From: Micavibrio sp.
GTDB taxonomy: Bacteria; Pseudomonadota; Alphaproteobacteria; UBA9219
Assembly (NCBI GenBank): GCA_020718105.1
Contig: DYDA01000009.1
Coordinates: forward strand, 2,783-66,782
Direction: 5' to 3'
DNA length: 64,000 nucleotides
The notes below the pieces were generated by a model. That model searched no databases. It was not told where the DNA came from and worked only from the letters and a program-made list of their open reading frames with translations. The translations under genes were made by a program, and so were the position numbers. Below, one piece after another: positions 59,417 to 64,000 of this stretch (the stretch's first letter is position 1; each line of letters begins with the position of its first letter).

Positions 59417-59650
59417 TCATCGGCACGGAAGCAACAGCTTGCGAAAAACACTATAATCTATAAGCACTTCAGTAAACGCAGCATCTTTCGGAGCATTTTC
59501 GACCTCAGCAGCCAGCTTGTCCTGAAACTCGCGGCTATATTCCTTGATCGGTGGGCAAACGCAGGCGGGGTTAGAACTTGCCGTTTCGCAGGCGCTTAAC
59601 GAGATCAGCACGAGTGCGAGGAGCATCCATCGTTGCACGGAGTTGAGCAT
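59417..59650 (-). CDS. Phage o-spanin (Rz1-like) lipoprotein
   Basis: LSAC lipobox, CVCPP; overlaps the upstream TM gene in another frame. Confidence 0.65.
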   Translation of the reverse strand: MLNSVQRWMLLALVLISLSACETASSNPACVCPPIKEYSREFQDKLAAEVENAPKDAAFTEVLIDYSVFRKLLLPCR

Positions 59651-59810
59651 CTTTGATCTCCACGATTTTCTTGAGTTGGTCATAGCGTTCTGCGGTGCGG
59701 CCTGATTGCTTCGCGCCGAGAAGCACAGCGGCCACAGATGCGGCAATCGCGCCCCAGCCGATGATTTTTATGAGGTTGCTGGAAAACCAGCCCGTTATAA
59801 TCGTCCACAT
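59571..59810 (-). CDS. Phage i-spanin (Rz-like)
   Basis: N-terminal TM plus coiled coil; directly follows endolysin. Confidence 0.6.
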   Translation of the reverse strand: MWTIITGWFSSNLIKIIGWGAIAASVAAVLLGAKQSGRTAERYDQLKKIVEIKDAQLRATMDAPRTRADLVKRLRNGKF

Positions 59811-60475
59811 CAGCGCAGCCCTTTCCGATTGTCGTCGATACGCGCCCAGATCATCACCCCGATGCCGATCAGCGTGATTGCCAAAAGCAGCCATTTGGCA
59901 ATGTCGAGATAAGGCACGAGTGTTTGAAGCGCGTCACGGGCTGGATCAAGGCCGTCTTGTACCGCCTGCAGCGCCCCAAGGCCAACGGTTGCCGCCGTAG
60001 CGGCCTTACCTCCCCTTACGGTGCGCGTGTGTTGCAGATTTTTGGCCGGAGGCTCCACACCTGCCAGCACCAAGGCTTTGTCGATTTGTGCGCCCGTGTA
60101 AGGCTGCTGGCCGTTCTCGTGCTGGATAATGGCTTCGACAAGGGGCTTCAGGTCGGCGTGGGCGTGCATGTCAAGCGTTTGGTCTGGTGCAAAACCCGTC
60201 TCGTCCGAAACAGCCTTGGTGTACGCCGCCGTGTCGTTTTCATTCGGGGGAGCCCAGCGCTCGATGATCTGCCGTATTGTTCGCAACCCGTGTTTGACCT
60301 GATAGACGATTAAGACGCGCGCCATCGCTCGGATGCCATAAATCTGGCTCTTAAACATGAAAAAATCAGGATCCGTCTGCTGTTCAGCCAACCCTTGCCA
60401 TGCGGTATCCGTCCGGCGAAGATTGCCCGGATTGTTATTACGGACACCTCGTGATAGTTTTTCTTGAGTCGACAT
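59810..60475 (-). CDS. Phage lysozyme-like endolysin/virion protein with C-terminal TMs
   Basis: RGVRNNNPGNLR, GIRAM, RWAPPNENDT.AY, IIQHENG; AAAGGAGG RBS. Confidence 0.8.
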   Translation of the reverse strand: MSTQEKLSRGVRNNNPGNLRRTDTAWQGLAEQQTDPDFFMFKSQIYGIRAMARVLIVYQVKHGLRTIRQIIERWAPPNENDTAAYTKAVSDETGFAPDQTLDMHAHADLKPLVEAIIQHENGQQPYTGAQIDKALVLAGVEPPAKNLQHTRTVRGGKAATAATVGLGALQAVQDGLDPARDALQTLVPYLDIAKWLLLAITLIGIGVMIWARIDDNRKGLR

Positions 60476-60502
60476 AAGTAAACCTCCTTTCAAGGATTTA
60501 AG

Positions 60503-61441
60503 ATGCTGGAACTGGGACATGTTGAGCGCTTGGAATTGCGCTCCGTTTGGGCAAGCGAACCCCATGACTTCACGCCTTGGCTGGCCAAGACTGAAAATCT
60601 CGAACGTCTTGGAAACACCATCGGTATGGATCTAGTGACGGATCAGATCGAGAAAGGGGTCGGCCCTTTCAGCGCAGATATTTTGTGTAAAAACACGCTC
60701 GACGACTCATGGGTGGTGATCGAAAATCAAATCGAAAAAACCGATCACACTCACCTTGGACAAGTGCTGACCTATGCGGCGGGTCTTGACGCTTCTACAG
60801 TCATTTGGATTGCTGCCCGTTTTACGGATGAACACCGCGCCGCCATCGATTGGCTGAACAAAAACACGACCGACAACATCCAGTTCTTTGGGGTTGAAAT
60901 TGAAATCCTGAAAATTGGATCGTCTTTGCCCGCGCCTCAATTCATGGTCGTTGCCAACCCGAATGACTGGAGCCGCAATGTCTCTGCCACCGCCCGCCGT
61001 TCTCAATCGGGCGAAATGAACGACACTCAAAAGCTTCAGCTGGGGTTCTGGTCGGGTTTGTCCGAATATCTTGCCGAGAACACAGCTTTCCAACTGCGCT
61101 CTCCGCGTCCGCAAGGATGGGCGGATTTCAGCCTTGGGAAAACAAATACGCTGTTGCGTCTTTCGATCAGCACACAGGCTCGAAAACTTGCGGCTGGCGT
61201 TTATCTTTACGACAACATGAAACCGTTTTTTGAAGACCTCACCCAGCACAAAACAGAAATGGAATCTATGTTGGGCTATTCTCTGATATGGGAAAACGAT
61301 CCAAGCAAGCAAACTGCCGTTATCAAAGTCGAGAAAACGCTTGATCTCTCCAATGAGGCATCTTGGAAAGAAGGCTTTGTCTGGTTTTCTGAAAGGCTGA
61401 GTGACATCAACAAAGTCTTTCGTCCTCTTATGAAGGGCTAA
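60503..61441 (+). CDS. NucS-like PD-(D/E)xK nuclease domain plus DUF4268
   Basis: VWASEPHDFTPWLA, ADIL, IENQ..TDHTHLGQVLTYAAG, FWSGL. Confidence 0.82.
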   Translation: MLELGHVERLELRSVWASEPHDFTPWLAKTENLERLGNTIGMDLVTDQIEKGVGPFSADILCKNTLDDSWVVIENQIEKTDHTHLGQVLTYAAGLDASTVIWIAARFTDEHRAAIDWLNKNTTDNIQFFGVEIEILKIGSSLPAPQFMVVANPNDWSRNVSATARRSQSGEMNDTQKLQLGFWSGLSEYLAENTAFQLRSPRPQGWADFSLGKTNTLLRLSISTQARKLAAGVYLYDNMKPFFEDLTQHKTEMESMLGYSLIWENDPSKQTAVIKVEKTLDLSNEASWKEGFVWFSERLSDINKVFRPLMKG

Positions 61442-61737
61442 CCTTCAAAGCAGGATCGGATCCATATCTTCTTGGTGCCTTTCTGAAAAAGACTGAGCCA
61501 GACGATTTGTTGGTTTTCGAGCGTTTTCCAGACATGCATCTCGAAACTTTCTAGCCCCTCTATCGCCATCTGGCCAAAATCGGTCAGTTTGAAATAAGCG
61601 TTCTCACGGCCAAGCCTGTCGCATCCTTCCGAAGCAATTTCTGCGATCCTCAGAAAAGCATCCATTTGCTCTTCGATATAAATTTCGGAATCTGCCGTCT
61701 CGTCAGTGATGCCGAGGCATTTAAATTGCTTGCTCAT
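61438..61737 (-). CDS. Hypothetical protein (paralog of 61752-62066)
   Basis: GAGGGAGG RBS; shares FxLxDF and WxxxF..KK motifs. Confidence 0.65.
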   Translation of the reverse strand: MSKQFKCLGITDETADSEIYIEEQMDAFLRIAEIASEGCDRLGRENAYFKLTDFGQMAIEGLESFEMHVWKTLENQQIVWLSLFQKGTKKIWIRSCFEG

Positions 61738-61751
61738 CTTGCCCTCCCTCG

Positions 61752-62066
61752 TTATCCGTTCGGATCAAGCATTCCAAAAAGCCGCAGCTTCTTGCCTTCG
61801 GCCTCGAAGATGCCAATCCATTGCTCGACGCCTGCGTGCGGATATTTCTCCATCGTCAATTTGAACCCGCCGAGTTCGCGCTCGACAGCCGTTTCAAAAT
61901 CGCTCAGGTCATAAAACCCTTTCCGGCATTTCGTGCAGGCCATCTCGCGCATGCAATGCTCAAAATAGTCGCAAAGCAGTTCGAGTTCGTCCTCATCGCA
62001 CCCCTCGTTCTGGATGTCGTCCACGCTCGGTTTCCAAAACTGCTTTTTCTCCAATTTGCTGTACAT
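61752..62066 (-). CDS. Hypothetical protein
   Basis: AGGAGG RBS; paralog of next gene. Confidence 0.65.
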   Translation of the reverse strand: MYSKLEKKQFWKPSVDDIQNEGCDEDELELLCDYFEHCMREMACTKCRKGFYDLSDFETAVERELGGFKLTMEKYPHAGVEQWIGIFEAEGKKLRLFGMLDPNG

Positions 62067-62200
62067 TTGGCCCTCCTTTTTCGAGCTTTTTCATCGCCTA
62101 ACCACATGACCATTAACGCTCTTTCTTCCTTTATTATCAACTAGATAATCGGCATTAAGTGCGAATAAAGAAGGCCGTTCTTCAACATTTGGAAACACTT

Positions 62201-62446
62201 TTAAGACCCCTTGCTCGTCCACCAGCGAAGGACGTTATCGAGGACGAATCCGGCGATGGCTCCAAGGGTCAGGATGACGGCGAAGCCGCCTTTCCATCGG
62301 TTCGCCAAGCGGTCGAGCTGGTCGAGGCGCGTGTCGATGCCGTCCACTTTTGTTTTAAGTTCGGACACAGCGGCGATAAGGCTAGCAACTTGTGCTTCAA
62401 GCCGCCCGATGCTGCGGAAGTATTCGATTTGATCGTTCGGGCTCAT
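62201..62446 (-). CDS. Coiled-coil plus C-terminal TM phage protein (holin/XhlA-like)
   Basis: IGRLEAQV coiled coil, NRWKGG then TM; lies between tail and lysis genes. Confidence 0.6.
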   Translation of the reverse strand: MSPNDQIEYFRSIGRLEAQVASLIAAVSELKTKVDGIDTRLDQLDRLANRWKGGFAVILTLGAIAGFVLDNVLRWWTSKGS

Positions 62447-62509
62447 GGGCGTGTTCTCCTGTTCCCGTTCGGATGGAACGAGTTGCGTTTGGGGTTGAGG
62501 CATGATGGG

Positions 62510-62719
62510 TTATCCCGCGACGATGATAACGAGAGGCTGTTGCGCGCTGCCAGAAGGCGGCGCGGCGTTCGCCCTCAACACTTCAACAACGATCTGGCTT
62601 GTTCGAGCGTAGCGCGAAGCCGGACGGCGCAAAACTTCGATGGCTGCTTGCGACACGCGCAAGCTCGCGTTCGTCGGCTTACGAACGATCTCGACAGCGG
62701 CTTGTGTAACACGCAACAT
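62510..62719 (-). CDS. Small phage protein with three tandem RxxQxxxEvlR repeats
   Basis: LRVTQAAVEIVR / LRVSQAAIEVLR / ARTSQIVVEVLR; TAATG coupling to upstream gene. Confidence 0.65.
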   Translation of the reverse strand: MLRVTQAAVEIVRKPTNASLRVSQAAIEVLRRPASRYARTSQIVVEVLRANAAPPSGSAQQPLVIIVAG

Positions 62720-63744
62720 TACGCTTGCACCTTATAGCCGAACTCAGCGGCGTTGATCTCGGCTTCTGTCCACGCTGCGGCTGTGGCGGGATTTTGATTC
62801 CAGATCGTGCGATGATCGATGTAAGAATCCGAGAGCGCTAGATCACCGCCTTCGTAATTGACTGCGCCGACACGCGCAATGCCTCGCAGCGTCCGCGATC
62901 CCGCATCGTCCTTGCGGGCTATCATGTTTGCTTGAACGCCCATGACCGTTGCATTCAAAGCCGTGACATCGGTGAAGACGAAACTATCGATGTTTCCAGC
63001 CGTGTTACTGGCATTGTAGGTCGCATCATCGTCCGGCGAGGCGTCGTCCACATTTTCAGAATTGTTCACGCTTCCGGTCGGGGTGAATTGCGCCGATGCG
63101 CCTGCGCCGGAGGGAAATATCGTGTCCACGCGCACGTCGCCAAGAAAGTCCTTATTCACGCTTCCCGTGCCGTCGCAAATGTATAAATCGTCGTACCATG
63201 CGTAATAAGCGGGAGACAGGCCGGAGAATCTAATCGAGTTTGCCGTAGCGAGAGAGGATGAATACTTCGTGTCGCCTGTATAGCTGACCCATGTCTGGCC
63301 GTTGACGCGCGCTTCAAAAATCCCGCCGCTATCGGCGATGGTTAGCTTAGCCTCGATATAGTTCCATGCGTTGGCCAATAGGGCATTTGCAGAAGTTGCT
63401 AGCACAGTGCCGCTGGTCGAGCCGCGTGTGAGCATCAACGCGCCAGAGGTTGTGATGCATAGACAGGCCTGCGCGTTGCCCGTGTTGTCACGGAATTGCA
63501 TAAGAGCCACGTTGCCGGACGGCAAGGTCTCGATCTTGATCGCCGCGCCGACGATCCATGTTGCTTGTTCATCCAGCGTTTTGGTGACATAGCCGGAAGA
63601 TGTGTAAAGACGCACAGCATTGCTGCCCGACCGCCGACCCACATCCAAAGCGACATAGCTGTTTACAGCAATCTCGTTGTACTTATAGAGAAGCTGGGCG
63701 ATGGTCGTAAAATGATCGAACCCATCGATAAAGCGTAAGGTCAT
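62719..63744 (-). CDS. Phage tail-associated beta-sandwich (LamG/ConA-like) protein
   Basis: FIDGFDH, WNYIEAK, YDDLYICDGTG..FLGD, NPAT.AAWT. Confidence 0.65.
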   Translation of the reverse strand: MTLRFIDGFDHFTTIAQLLYKYNEIAVNSYVALDVGRRSGSNAVRLYTSSGYVTKTLDEQATWIVGAAIKIETLPSGNVALMQFRDNTGNAQACLCITTSGALMLTRGSTSGTVLATSANALLANAWNYIEAKLTIADSGGIFEARVNGQTWVSYTGDTKYSSSLATANSIRFSGLSPAYYAWYDDLYICDGTGSVNKDFLGDVRVDTIFPSGAGASAQFTPTGSVNNSENVDDASPDDDATYNASNTAGNIDSFVFTDVTALNATVMGVQANMIARKDDAGSRTLRGIARVGAVNYEGGDLALSDSYIDHRTIWNQNPATAAAWTEAEINAAEFGYKVQA

Positions 63745-63757
63745 GGTGTTTTCTCCC

Positions 63758-64000
63758 TTAAATGCGAAGGCCAGCAAGCGCAAAGCCAATGTCGGCCAGT
63801 GTGTCGTCGGGCGTGGATGGGGCGACCAGCGTCAGAACATCGCCCGCCGCAAAGTCTGTGTTGCTGGCGCAAGTGAAAGTTGCGGTTGTGGCCGCCGCCG
63901 CAAAATCCATTGAGGCAAATTGCGCTCCGTTCTTGCGGAGCAAAAAGGAAACCGCCGCCGTCGCTGCCGTTGCCGCTACGCCCTTGCTGGAAGATAGGCC
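63758..64000 (-). CDS. C-terminal part of a phage tail fibre-type protein (runs off window)
   Basis: Ala/Thr-rich, FAAGDVLTLVAP..PD.TLADI ending; frame open to window edge. Confidence 0.55.
   Translation of the reverse strand, partial: GLSSSKGVAATAATAAVSFLLRKNGAQFASMDFAAAATTATFTCASNTDFAAGDVLTLVAPSTPDDTLADIGFALAGLRI

Larger units (their letters stand above)
59417..64000 (-). mobile_element. Prophage late region (tail and lysis module), continuing beyond window
   Basis: Co-oriented tail, holin-like, endolysin and overlapping spanin genes. Confidence 0.78.

Overview
Alphaproteobacterial chromosome window in two parts. About 1-40 kb is mostly host core: xerD, bactofilin, PfkB kinase, a thioester-less alpha-2-macroglobulin, a stress-gene cluster, a complete five-gene NAD(P) salvage operon behind a Crp/Fnr gene, tRNA-Ser(GCT), ndvB-like glucan synthase, BrnTA, dxs, glmM, CobW and dut. 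About 40.4-64 kb is an accessory, prophage-linked island. It has a divergent XRE switch region and a tightly coupled operon encoding a Nudix protein, cysteine desulfurase, SLOG-like protein, HAD, AlkP phosphodiesterase, a foreign-type CysRS, a degenerate archaeal-type TrpRS, a PLP dehydratase, PhnP-like MBL and MccF-like S66 peptidase. Convergent cysE-cysK sit under an unannotated Cys-codon leader peptide (MFLCCCPCN), followed by phage lysis and tail genes. The best candidate for an undescribed system is this cysteine-centred, aminoacyl-tRNA-synthetase-based biosynthetic and self-resistance cluster with its cysteine attenuator. All functional calls come from motif recognition by eye; no database searches were run.
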